Of a DNA stretch of 64,000 bases, positions 10,293 through 21,048 are shown in pieces; the first letter of the stretch is position 1; each line of letters starts with the position of its first letter. The stretch is from NCBI GenBank assembly GCA_964019335.1, contig OZ025677.1:372001-436000 (forward strand), read 5' to 3'. The notes beneath the pieces were generated by a model. The model did not search any database. It was not told the origin of the DNA and saw nothing but the letters and a program-made list of their open reading frames with translations. The translations under genes and the position numbers were made by a program. This DNA is from Diplonema japonicum (Eukaryota; Protista; Euglenozoa: Diplonemea).

Positions 10293-10955
10293 TAAAAAAA
10301 AAAAAAAAAAAAAAACATCAATGGTATCAATGCCGCAGATGAAAAGTCTGAATTTTACCACAATAGCTCAACTTAACAAAGAAAAAAAACCCTCTTGACA
10401 AGACCTGTGAAGCTGAAAATGGTATGAAAAAAGAAAAAGAAGAAGGGGGGGGGGGGGGGAAAGTACCTGATATAAAGTATAAAGATGTATGGGGGGGTTT
10501 TTAAAAGATTAATTGTTAACAAGATAGAAGAAAGAAAGAAAGTCGTTTTTTCTTTCTTTTATCTAGCAACGTTCCTTTTTGAAGAGAAAAGAAAGAAGAG
10601 AATGCGGGGAGAGGGAAACAAAAGGCTCTTTTTGTCACGCCCCCAAATCATAAAGAGAGAATTTCTGAAAGTGAAGTTTTCAAAGAGTTGGCTGCAAACG
10701 CACTATCTCAATGCCACCCTTACACTCGTGGCCACGTCTCGGAGCCGTCGTTTGCATTTCTATGGGCAATGCCGGCTGTCGGGGTGCCTTTCAAGGCCGA
10801 CACGATAACATAGTCCGATGCCCTGTACAAAGGAGGGCTTAAGCCGTCGAGCCTCTGGTCTCTTTATAGCAGCCGAACCATACCGCTTGCTGAAGGGCGT
10901 CGAGCAGTGCAAGCAACCCTGTCTGATGTTATGTCAAATCCAAATAGAATTACGT

Positions 10956-11089
10956 ATTCATGAATCAAAGTGGACTTTACTCTTTCCCTTGGCTGATAAT
11001 CTGTTCCTCGGAATCCCTCTCGTTTTGCACCCCCTCGGGACAGATTATATCAGCCAGGGGGAAATAAAGTCCACTTCATTTTCATAAAT
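10956..11089. repeat. Foldback element / long hairpin (~50-bp arms)
   Basis: AAGTGGACTTTACTCTTTCCCTTGGCTGATAATCTGTTCC vs reverse complement AAGTGGACTTTATTTCCCCCTGGCTGATATAATCTGTCCC; loop about 30 nt. Confidence 0.8.
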
Positions 11090-12204
11090 CAAATTATTCT
11101 TTTTTCTTCTTCCTCTGAAAGAAGGAAAAGAAGACAGCGAAAGAAGAAAAAGAAAAAGATTATTTTGATCCCATGCAAAAAGACATTGTTTTAAGTGTGA
11201 AAATTTGCGTAGAAGAGATATTCAGGAGGATGAACTGTTAAGCTTTTAGTCTCTAAAATTACCTTCTCTCCCTTTTCCCTATATCCAATATATCATCATC
11301 ACTTCAAATGGTATTCTGTTCAACAACTGGTTAACTAGGCTGCTTTAGAAATAGAAGAAAAAAGAACGGCAACGTTATAAAAACAACAGGGGGGCGGCGG
11401 CGGCTATGCTGGCAAGAAACGGGGAACGTTTCCGTTGTCTTATTTCTTCAGATACTTAAGGAAACGTTTCCTTTTCCGTTCCGTTTCCTTTTCCATTTTC
11501 AAAAAAAAAAAAGCTTGTAATTTTGGATAATTGCTTGAAAGCCTACCCTGTTATGTTTTTCTTAAGCTTCTTTCTTTTTTTTTTTTTTTTTTTGTTTGCA
11601 CTCTTCACATAGAGAATTTAAAAAGAAAAAAGAAAATAGAAGAAGAAAAAAAAAAGGGGGGAAAAAAAAAAAAGAGGGACTGGTTTGCGTGGCCCGGGGA
11701 CAAAAAAACCCTGGTGAAAAAACCTGCCGGAAAACACGTTCGCCAACTCCAAGAAGAATTTAAGAAAAAAAAAATACACTCTTTTTTTTTTTTTTTTTTT
11801 CCTTTTTTCTTTGGTGTTGCTTGCTCGCACATGGAGAAGAGGAAAAGAAAATAATAGTAATAGGAAACAAAAAGAGGTACTGGCAGTTGGTGTGGCCCGT
11901 AGGAGAGCTGGCTACGTGCTTTACGGTTAATAAAATTCAATGGCCCCCCTCATAGTGAGCTGAAGCCGCATATTGTAACTTCTTTCTTTTCTGTTATTTA
12001 CTATTAATTGAACAATTCAACAAGCAAGCCCGGCAGGGGAAAGTGCCACTACATTATTTCATTCTTTGGGGGTTCTTTTTTTCAAACCTTTCCCCAAAAG
12101 GTTTCACCCCGGGAAAACAATCTTTTTATGTGACACTTCTTTTTTATTCTTTTTTTTTTCGATGGGCTCAAAAAATAATACCTATTTATCAGCCAAGGGG
12201 CTTC

Positions 12205-12241
<37 letters not shown>

Positions 12242-12477
12242 TCTAATTTTCTGATTCCTAGCATTTTTTTCTTCTTCTTCTTTTTTTTTTTTCTTCCTAA
12301 ATTAGCAAGCTCAAAATTGGAGGAAATCAAAAAAAGAATTCCTCAATTCCGGCTCGTTGGCACTGCACTATTAGGAGGGGTGTTGATTAGTAGCGGTACA
12401 CCTGGTTTGCCACAAAAAGAGTGCCTCTTTTTTAAGACAGGGTAGGGTATGATAGACAGGGTTATTATTTATTTTAA

Positions 12478-12744
12478 CAATCTACCAACGAGCGTCTATA
12501 TAAATAGAAAAAAAGTCTTTCGCGCAAAGGGCTGTCAATACTGCCCTAATTTTGTGCAAAAAAAAAAAAAAAAAAAGAAAAAAAAGAAAAACTCTTGGAA
12601 GGCGTATATTCTCCCAAATGCTCGTCTTATTCGGGTCATAGCTTCGAAAAATGTGGCAAATGCGGCTAAAAAAGGTCTCCCAGGATCTCGATAGTTTTTG
12701 AAAAATTACCCCCTGGTGGGCAAAAATGGTTCGTTGGTAGATGG
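12478..12744 (+). mobile_element. 267-bp deletion derivative (MITE) of the 1.8-kb piggyBac element
   Basis: TTAA|CAATCTACCAACGAGCGTCTATA...CGTTGGTAGATGG|TTAA. It retains a transposase piece (NVANAAKKG) joined directly to the right end. Confidence 0.9.
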
Positions 12745-12809
12745 TTAAAAAAAAAAAGGAAGAAAAAAAAAAGGGGGGGAAAAAAAGCAGTTTTTTTTCT
12801 TTTTTTAAA

Positions 12810-13195
12810 CGGTAAATGTCAAAATTGTAATAATTCCCTCTAACAGGGAATTGTGGGAATAGTATCCCTACCACCCCTAAATCGCCAAAAGAAATCATTT
12901 TCGCGAACAACAATTCTCCAAAATTCGAGCTATTGTAGCTGTGACCACTATTTGGCCTAAAACTGCCATTTTGCCATAAGAATCATAATCCTGAACCACA
13001 GAAAAGTCGTATATTTATGTTTTCAGTCCTGAATGTGGATTCTCTATCCATTGGTAACATTCTGAAATTTTCTTTTTTTTTTTCTTAGCACTTTTGCACC
13101 CCGGAGGGGACCTTCCTGTATTTCTTTTTTATTTTTCTCCTTCACCTTATATTTTCACCAGAAAACCTCCCACCCGGCACTTGTGACATTTACCG
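12810..13195. mobile_element. pogo-like MITE (386 bp)
   Basis: TIR CGGTAAATGTCAAAATTG vs reverse complement CGGTAAATGTCACAAGTG. TA on the right flank, AA on the left. Confidence 0.6.
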
Positions 13196-13367
13196 TAAAA
13201 CTGCTCGATAAATCTTTTTTCTTTTCTTCTTCTTTTTTCTTTCTTTTTTTAAATTTGAGGTTTGTTTAAAATTAATGTCTCCTTTTTTATTTTTTTATCT
13301 TGTTAACCTTCACAAGAAATGCGTATGGATGTCCACTACTGCAAAGGTACCGCGTCCCAGGTAATAC

Positions 13368-13398
<31 letters not shown>

Positions 13399-13640
13399 AG
13401 AACGAGTTTCAAGTAAAGCTGTGGCACGACACCTGTGGTACAAAGTAAAATTACACGGCCAAACGGTAAATAGCTGTGACTCGTATACTGCACTCAGGCA
13501 GGGGAAAGCAGCGCTCTATATCACCAAAGTTCTTGGATCAATTTCGCCAAATATTTTTTACTTTCTCCATAAATTAATTAAAAAGAATCTTCTTTGTGCA
13601 CTCAAAAAGGAAACCGGTTGTAGCTTGAGCATAAATTGTA

Positions 13641-13763
13641 CAGCACCTTTTCTTTTCTTTTCCTTTCTTCTTCCCCTCATGCTCCACAAATAAACCCGTT
13701 TTTATGAATTCGTGGGATTCTGCCTCATGTTGAGGAAGGTTTCAAAGAAAAGAAAAGGTGCTG
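13641..13763. mobile_element. Small Tc1/pogo-like MITE (123 bp)
   Basis: Perfect 21-bp inverted repeat ACAGCACCTTTTCTTTTCTTT (13640-13660 and 13744-13764), with a TA|CAG left end. Part of the repeat is low complexity. Confidence 0.6.
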
Positions 13764-13792
13764 TTTTTCTTTTCTTCTTCTTTTTATTTTAA

Positions 13793-15592
13793 CCATCTAC
13801 CAACGGACCATTTTTGCCCACCAGGGGGTAAATTTTCAAAACTTCAAAAAAAGCTATTCTAGCGCAACGCCGGGGCTATATGCCCCCGGAAATGCCTCCA
13901 GATGTCCCAATTCTGAGAGAGGGTGCCCACAGCAGGGCCCACCCCCGCAACATTGTCAAAAATATCGTTCCTGAAGTGCCCGAGAGGGGGTACAAAAAAC
14001 AAGTCAAAAAGAATCGACTGTAAAATTCTATAAAAAGCTATTTAAGGCCTTCTTGACGCGGTTCGTACGTGCCCCAGGGCTGGGGGACTTCTTTTTTGAC
14101 CCCGAGAGGGGTTTCTGGGGGTATCCCCGGCAAGGTGGCAGTCTTTGAAGCACGGAGTCACGCAAAGTTGTACCAAGCAGGCTGAACACTGAAATAGGGG
14201 TCTTTTCGACTTGAAATGCTTGCACCGCACGTTGCACTACTTTTTCGGGGAAATGGTCCCAGAAGGTACTGTCACGGCGCATTGGGGTCTCAGAGCACTC
14301 GTTCTGTGTTTCGGGGCATGGTATTGGGCAGCCTGCTCTGTAGTTGACTTTATCTGTTGTTTAGACTGCCTCCCTAGTAGCCCTTCGATGACTGCCTCTT
14401 TGAAAGGCGTCAATACACTGTCGTTCGTACTCAGGGTGTTGGGGGGCAAGGCTTCTTTCCAAACAAGCCAAGCATTCGCCAGAGATTTACCTAACAAGTA
14501 CGAAAATACTTTTAGGGGCCACTTTTAAGTCATAAGGGTGCGTTTATGGCGTTTTGTCACAGCGTCACCCAGCGTCGGTTCCGCCCATTGCGGTGTTGTA
14601 AATATGCACTTGGTGGGGAACAAGATGTCCTTTCCGGCTTTCATTCTCTTTTGGCGGACGGTCAAATTTGACTTCACTGGAACATCCAACGTCGATAGAA
14701 AGCACACAGGCTTGATGTCATGCCACGTTGTGGTGCAAAGGATGCTCGCGTGCTGGTGGAACTGTGTCCCCATGGGATGCGCGTCCTTGGGCTTGCGGCC
14801 TCGCTTCTTTGGGGCATCCATGATCTCCGGAGGCCTTCGCGATAGGTAGAAGTCAGCACGCTTGTTTGTTTCGCTGTGGAAACACAGATTTCCCAGAATA
14901 GTCAAAAAGCGGTCTCTTGACATGACGGTAGCGTACCCAGGTGTAGTTGAGAAACGTGGAGCCAGTGCACCAGTAATCAGAATAATCTGGCTTGATATCC
15001 AAGTCCATCGACAAAAGGACACCTAGGAAGGTACGCAGAGAAGCAGCATCGAGATCCAGGGAGACACCTTTTTTAGCCGCATTTGCCACATTGTTCGAAG
15101 TTATGACCCGAATAAAGTTTGGACGAGCATTTGGGAGAATATATGGAATGGCGTTGAGCCTCTGATGTCAAAACAGGGTCCACAAGAATTCCGATCTTCA
15201 CGAAACCGGATGCCTTCCAACTGCTCCGGCTTTGCCGTCCAATCACCCTGCTGTGACTCGGAATCGGTCGAATTCGTGTCAGAATCACTGTTTGTATCAA
15301 AATTGCATAATAGGGATGAGCCATCAGTGCTGCCATCACTCATAACGTCCTCTTCCGGCCTCTTTCCGGGCGCCTTTTTTTGAAGTGATCTTTAAGGGTA
15401 AATTTGGGCTGGCGTTTTTTTTTTTTTTTCATTTTCTTGTTAAGTTAGGGCAGCATTTAGTTTATATTTTTCATATTTTCCGCGCAGGACTCCGCCGGCA
15501 AGAAAGGGCCGGGCCGTATTGCATTGAAAGCCCTTTGCGTAAAAGATTTTTTTTCAAATCGTCTATATATATAGACGCTCGTTGGTAGATGG
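13793..15592 (-). mobile_element. Non-autonomous piggyBac DNA transposon, copy 1 (1800 bp)
   Basis: Perfect 13-bp TIR CCATCTACCAACG with TTAA at 13789-13792 and 15593-15596. Near-identical inverted copy at 47059-48819. Confidence 0.95.
14042..15343 (-). pseudogene. piggyBac transposase pseudogene (frameshifts, stop, central deletion)
   Basis: Motifs FLGVLLSM..DYW, MSRDRFLTIL, WHDIKPVCFLST, MGGTDLGD, KWPLKVF and the Cys-rich tail CSACLVQLCVTPCFKDCH are spread over several frames. Confidence 0.88.
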
Positions 15593-16097
15593 TTAATTGT
15601 TTTTGATTAGAATTCTTTTAGATTTTTTCGATATTTTACCCCCCCCCCCTCCCCCTTTTTCATAACATTAAAGTTATTTTCATTTTTTTTTTTCAGTCCC
15701 CCTTTTTTTTCGCTACCATTTTTCTGAGTGGTCGGGAATAGAGTTATATATATAGAGCGTTAAAAAAAAAAAAAAAAAAAAAGATGGGCCTTGTAGCAAG
15801 TTACATTTTTCTTTGCAAATAGGAAAATCGCTTCCCCGGGGCAGAAAAAAAAGGGCGATTTTTGAAATTTGTTTGTGTGCAAATGGGTGGGGGAGGGGCT
15901 GCTTGATTTTCTTTTTGCCTTTGTTTACCCCCCCCCCCCCCCCCCCAATAACAGAGTAAAAGTAATCTTTTTACTCGTAACATATCCAAAATAAAAAGGA
16001 AAGAATTGGTTTTTTAAAAAACAAAGTTGGGTGTTCTTCGGGGGGGGTGTTTTTTTTCTTTTTTTTTCTTCTTCTACTCACCCCGTTCCACTTCAGA

Positions 16098-16271
16098 GCT
16101 GCCTGTCGCGATGAGATGGTCGGCATCTGGGCGAGAAACATATCTTGCAAGGTCGTGCTAGGTAGGGGGCGGTTTGGCTCGAGGAAGAAGGGTCTCCTGT
16201 CTTAGCCATGTGGCGTCGGGCCCAGAAAAGAAACTACTTCGGTGTGCTCACCGTAAACCAAAGAAATTCAC
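16098..16271 (-). repeat. Diverged fragment of the LINE 3' end
   Basis: 16098-16225 aligns with 2231-2358 (tgtcgcgatgagatgg..ggcatctgggcgagaaaca..gtcgtgctaggtaggggg..ggtttggctcgagga). 16238-16271 resembles the 3' UTR motif at 2142-2186. Confidence 0.85.
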
Positions 16272-16609
16272 ATGTTGTTTGTTTTGTCGAAAAACAAAAA
16301 AAAAAAAAAAAAAAAACAAAACAAAACAAAAGCTCAAATAATTTTGAGGAAAGCCCTCTTTGTGGCGTGAGTTTCTATAAATGCTCGTTTTCTGGAAAGC
16401 ATGGTCTTGTCATCTTGTCAATAAAAAAAAAAAAGAATCGGTTGATTGTGTTGTTTGTGCCCAGCCGGGATTAACCTGGAAGGATAAGCCCAACATGCTA
16501 CCACTACTCTTTTTAGCAGTAACAATTCATTATCAATATTTTTTGTTTTTTCTTGTTCTTGCAAATAAATAAATAAAAAAATAAAAATAAAAAAAAATAA
16601 AAGAGCAAC

Positions 16610-16863
16610 GTACATGACCAGTTAACTCTTTTCCCCACTCAAGTCTGTAAGCAGAATTTCCACCACTGTTCACGGAAACCCACAACTTCTTTTCCACTCG
16701 AATGGTTTTCTTTTGTAAAACCTTCCACCCTCCATGGTCCACGGTAACCCTCAAACTGCTGCGCCACAGCCACAATCACTCCTCGAAGTGCTGTCCCAGA
16801 TGAAAACTGTGCGGGTCCTCCTTGGCGTTCAGCCTTCAGAGTGGCCACCCATTTTTCAAACAT
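16610..16863 (-). pseudogene. Possible decayed pogo/Tc5 transposase HTH fragment
   Basis: KWVATLKAERQG..GTALRGVIVAVAQQ..GFREQWWKFC, plus RLEW..LTGH in the adjacent frame, loosely resembles the CENP-B-type HTH consensus. Confidence 0.25.
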
Positions 16864-17697
16864 TGCATACTAAAAATGTCGGAGGTTACCGAACTGAAGA
16901 CGACGGTGGAAAAAAGCTTATTTGGTTACCGTGTACGTTGTTCTTCCCAAAAATAATAAAATAAAAAAAAGCTTCATCGGCTGCTTTGCTGTTTTTGTTT
17001 TCTCATTCCTTTTTTTTTTCTCTTTTTTTCGTTCATTCTCTTTTTTTCTTTTCTTTTTTTGTTGCGTTTCTTTTTACTGATATGGAGAGGAGAAGGTTGG
17101 AGGGTGTGAGAAAGAAAAAAAGAAACAAAAAAAAAAAAAAAGAAGAAACTGATATAGACTCATTGATATGTTTCTAAGATTCGTTTACGCAGCACAAAGT
17201 AAAACCCCAACGTTCTACCCAAAGAAAAAAAAAAAAAAAAACTGGGTTTTCAAAATCCCTAGTTTCTGCTTCGATACTGATCGGCAGAGAACCTTCCCCT
17301 TTTTTTTCGTTGCTACTGAAACCTTTCCCGAACCACGCAGACGGTCTATATAAATATTTCTCTTTTTTGATTTCCTCTTTTCTTTATTTCACTCTTTGTT
17401 TTTTCTTCCATAGATCCAGAGGGAAAAAAAGAGTGGGTGTGGGAAAGGAGAAGCTGAAAGAATCTTTTTTTTGGGGGGGGAGACAAGATAAGAAAAGAAA
17501 GAGAAAAATAAAAGAAAAAGAACTGGCACAAAAAAAACAAAGAGAGTAAGAACGCGAAAGTGCGAAAGACAGTGCGCCACTAAAAGACAGTGGCCACTGT
17601 GAGATGTCAGCACTACGGTGGGGGTATAAAACAACAAGTACACAAAGGCATCATGTCACACAGTGTCGTAGCCATCTGGTGACTTACGATAAAGGGC

Positions 17698-20600
17698 CTA
17701 CGAGCCCATGATAAAAGGAGGGAGTCTGGTAAGCGTCATCAAACGGGTGCTCGCGTGATAAGAATCGTCTGCTATCATCGCAACAATCTTCCCGAGCACC
17801 ACATCCTCGGGTGTTGTGGCTGCAAGCGTCTGAAGAGTAGTTAAAGGCGATTCCCGGTTCCCACCCAACACCTCCCGCATGCACGCGCTGAAGGTATGCG
17901 CTGAGGCAGGTGGGTCTGTCGATGCCGTGTCCCACGACTCGAGCACGTTGTTCAGGATGCTGGACATCAGATGGTAGAAGTGCACCTTTATGTTGCTCTC
18001 ATCAGACAGCGTCCACGTGTCCACAGGCCGCACGAAGGACTTCAGCGTGTGGTCGTGTCCCACCAGGTGGTGTGACGAGGCGTCGACGAGCATGCAAAAC
18101 GCGTCCAAGTGCACGGCAAACTCCAACGCCACCTCTGCCGTCTCCAGAGGCAACCCGAACACAGTGTTGAAGCGAGTGGTCCGCGTCCCCACGTTGCCGT
18201 GCATCAGCTTCCCCGTTGCGATCCCAACGTGCATGATGGACGGTCCCACACGGCGCTCCAAGTCCGCCGCGAACCTCAACGCCGACATGACGTGAAGCGT
18301 GCACGCTTTGCTGCAGTTCCAGAGAACAGTCAGCATGTCTCCCGTCACGGATCCCAGCGTTCCTTCTGTCGTGAAGGCCATCTCGGTGGCAGCACGCACC
18401 ATCGTGTTGCATGAGTCGAAGATCTTCTTGTCGTCACACCTGTTCAGCCTGCACACCGCCACTGTTCCCATCGACGTCTGCAGGCTGAGCCCTGTCTTCT
18501 TGTGAGCTGCCAAATGCCCTGACCTTGCGTCCGACGACGAGCTGCCGTGCACAACACCGCCCGATGAGCTCTTTGACCGCATCTCTGTCGACCCGCCTGT
18601 CATGGACGAGGCGTTGGAGGAGTACTTCCGCTCGCTTGCGTAGGACATGTGAGCAGGCTCCACCAAATGCAGCACATAGCCACCCCCGAGCCCCTTGATG
18701 TCGTGGGTGTCGTACGGGGTGATCACGTAGCGTGACGACGTCGGCAGCAGCAGCTTCACGTCTTCTGTGATGCATAGCGTGCCGCCCCGTGCTTTGCCTT
18801 CCACGCGGGATGCCAGGTTCACGGTGTTCCCTCTGTAGTCAATACGCGATGTTAGGGGGTTGTCCTCTGCGAGGACATGTCCCACATGGCACCCAAGACG
18901 TACCTGCAGACCAGCGTCAGGCAGCTCCAGCTCCTTCGGCCATGTTTGAAGAGCAAGTTGCTCGATGATCTCCATGCAGCACAGCACCGCGGGCTCCGCC
19001 TTCTCGAAGGCGATCATGAATGCGTCGCCGATGGTCTTGACCTCGTACCCGCTGTGCATCCTGTATGCCTTGCGGATCACGTTGTTGTGGATCTCCATCA
19101 CTGAGTTCATCGCAGCGCTGTTCTTCTTCCACAACGCTGTGGAGCCCTCTATGTCAGTGAAGACAAGGGTGATGTTGCCTGTTGGTGGTGGTACGTCTTG
19201 GCTGCTGCCACCAAGCACGCTCTCTGGCACGTAGGTACGGTACTCACGGAGATTGGAGATCATCTTCAAGAAGGACGTCTGCATCGAGTGAACTTCGCGT
19301 ATCCTAGACCCTGTCGTCACCTCAAGGCCATTCAGGCGCATCTCTGCAACTTCTGACATTTCCTTCTGGATCTCCCTCAAAGGCCATATGATGATGATGC
19401 TCACCACAAGTGCAACAATCATCATCGCAAGAGCTACCCCAGCAACCATGATGAATGTTATCCTGTTTTTTTTTTTTTTTTTAAACCTATTTCCAAGGTT
19501 TGTTCATACTTCCTGTCGCTTTTGACAGACTCCTCGACAGAGGCATGGTCCTTGGCGATCTGCACACGGACGTTTTGGTGCAGAACCTCAATGGGCCCCA
19601 GCACGTACTCGATGTCGATCGAAGTGATGAGCCACAAGTTCAGGGCGAAACTATCGGTGATGTTCTTAACGATGACGATATGATCGCCTTTCGTTTTGTT
19701 CACCTCAGCGGTTAACGTGACTTGATTGTGCTGTGAAATGTTGTTGTAGCTGCCCATCTCATGAATGTCTATGTGTGTATGTTTGTTGTGACATAAGTCA
19801 TACCCTGCGCCAAGCCTCGCACAAGCTCGTCGTCAGACTCCACGTCCTTGATGGGTGTGAGCGTCGCGTTGACCATCTTGGAGGTCACTCCATGCGAGGC
19901 TGCCACAAGGCAGTCCTGCTGACCAAAAGTTGTGTCAGCCATTACGAGAAAGAGTCTATTAGTGGAGCCGTGGCTCTGAAGCTCTGTTGTTGTTTTACTG
20001 AGATAGTTGCTGAGGTAATCGAGCACGAAGTTGACCCCAATGACAACATCGCCACGTTTGCCTAAGACATCCATGCCCAGCGTGCCAGAGGGGAGTAACT
20101 TGATCCTGCTCCATCTCCACTCAACTGCGTCCCACTTCCCTGAATCAATGTCGTCCCCAATTAGAATTTCGTACAGGCTGCCAACGTTGTTTGTGGCGGT
20201 AGATGCGTTTAAAGTGCCGTTCTCTAAGGAGTCCCCGAAGATGTATGTGTTCGAGTCGATTGACCAGCTCAGAAAAATAACACCCACCCCGACAGCTACC
20301 ACTGACTCGTCGCGAGCCACATGTATGGAAATGGCCTGCAAACCCTTCCCACTTGCGGAGTACAGCTGGAGGTACATTTCCCGCAGAAGGCTTCTCGCAT
20401 AAGCAAAATCGACCGTCGGGTTGTCAAGGTACAGCAGCTTGTCCAACCTCAACGCTTCGATCTCCGCTCGCTCCATGAACAGCGTAACGAATCCCGCAAT
20501 CTCAATAGATGTCTGTTGTAAGAAGTCATTTGCTTCCGTTTTCAGCTGTGCTTCGGAGCGCACAAAGCACAGCTCGGTATTGCTCTCGCCGCTTGCTTCT

Positions 20601-20788
20601 ATTTTATTTATCTGGTTGTCGCACGTCTGAGTCAGGAGGGTCGTGCTTGCTGTCAAGCTGATCGCAATGGGTATCAAAACGACGCAACATATAACAAAGA
20701 ACACAGACATTCCACCCTTCTTCACATCTTCACCTTCGTTAAACTGTTCGAGGAGCACCCTGCTCTTCTTGCTGCTGAGTCCTGACAT
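17698..20788 (-). CDS. Receptor-type adenylate cyclase (TM - extracellular sensor - TM - HAMP-like - cyclase - degenerate cyclase); exons 20788-19804, 19768-19510, 19462-17698
   Basis: Class III motifs FTDIEGST, EVKTIGDAFM and DYRGNTVNLASR, with K and D indicating ATP specificity. GTATG..AG introns of 35 and 47 nt join three ORFs in frame. Confidence 0.9.
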
Positions 20789-21048
20789 GCCGACGGGCTA
20801 TGCAACCCGCTACCTGTGGTACGTCTGACTCGAGATAATAAGCTATAAAAAACTGACGGAAAAAGAAAAAAAGGACAGGAAGCAAAAAAAAGAAAGAAAA
20901 GAAAAGAAAAGAAACGACAAGGGGAACACTAAACTATTCTTCAATACAGTGATGCCCTACATGCTCTCGTTCCGAACTCGTCTTCTCCTGCGCGGTGCTT
21001 GTAGGTTCACAGGCACTGGGAAGAACTGCCAAAAGGAGATTATCCTGC

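Noticed and set aside
10193-10315. AATAAA plus poly(A) read as a SINE tail shared with 50961-51036
   Set aside because: Each copy has an inverted partner ~280 bp away, so these are TIRs next to A-runs.
10700-10930. GC-rich stretch with a KGGL-containing frame, a possible retroelement relic
   Set aside because: Similarity is too weak and the frame is interrupted by a stop.
11870-12430. AAAAGAGGYACT inverted match as TIRs of a ~550-bp element
   Set aside because: The match is short, partly low complexity, and has no TSD.
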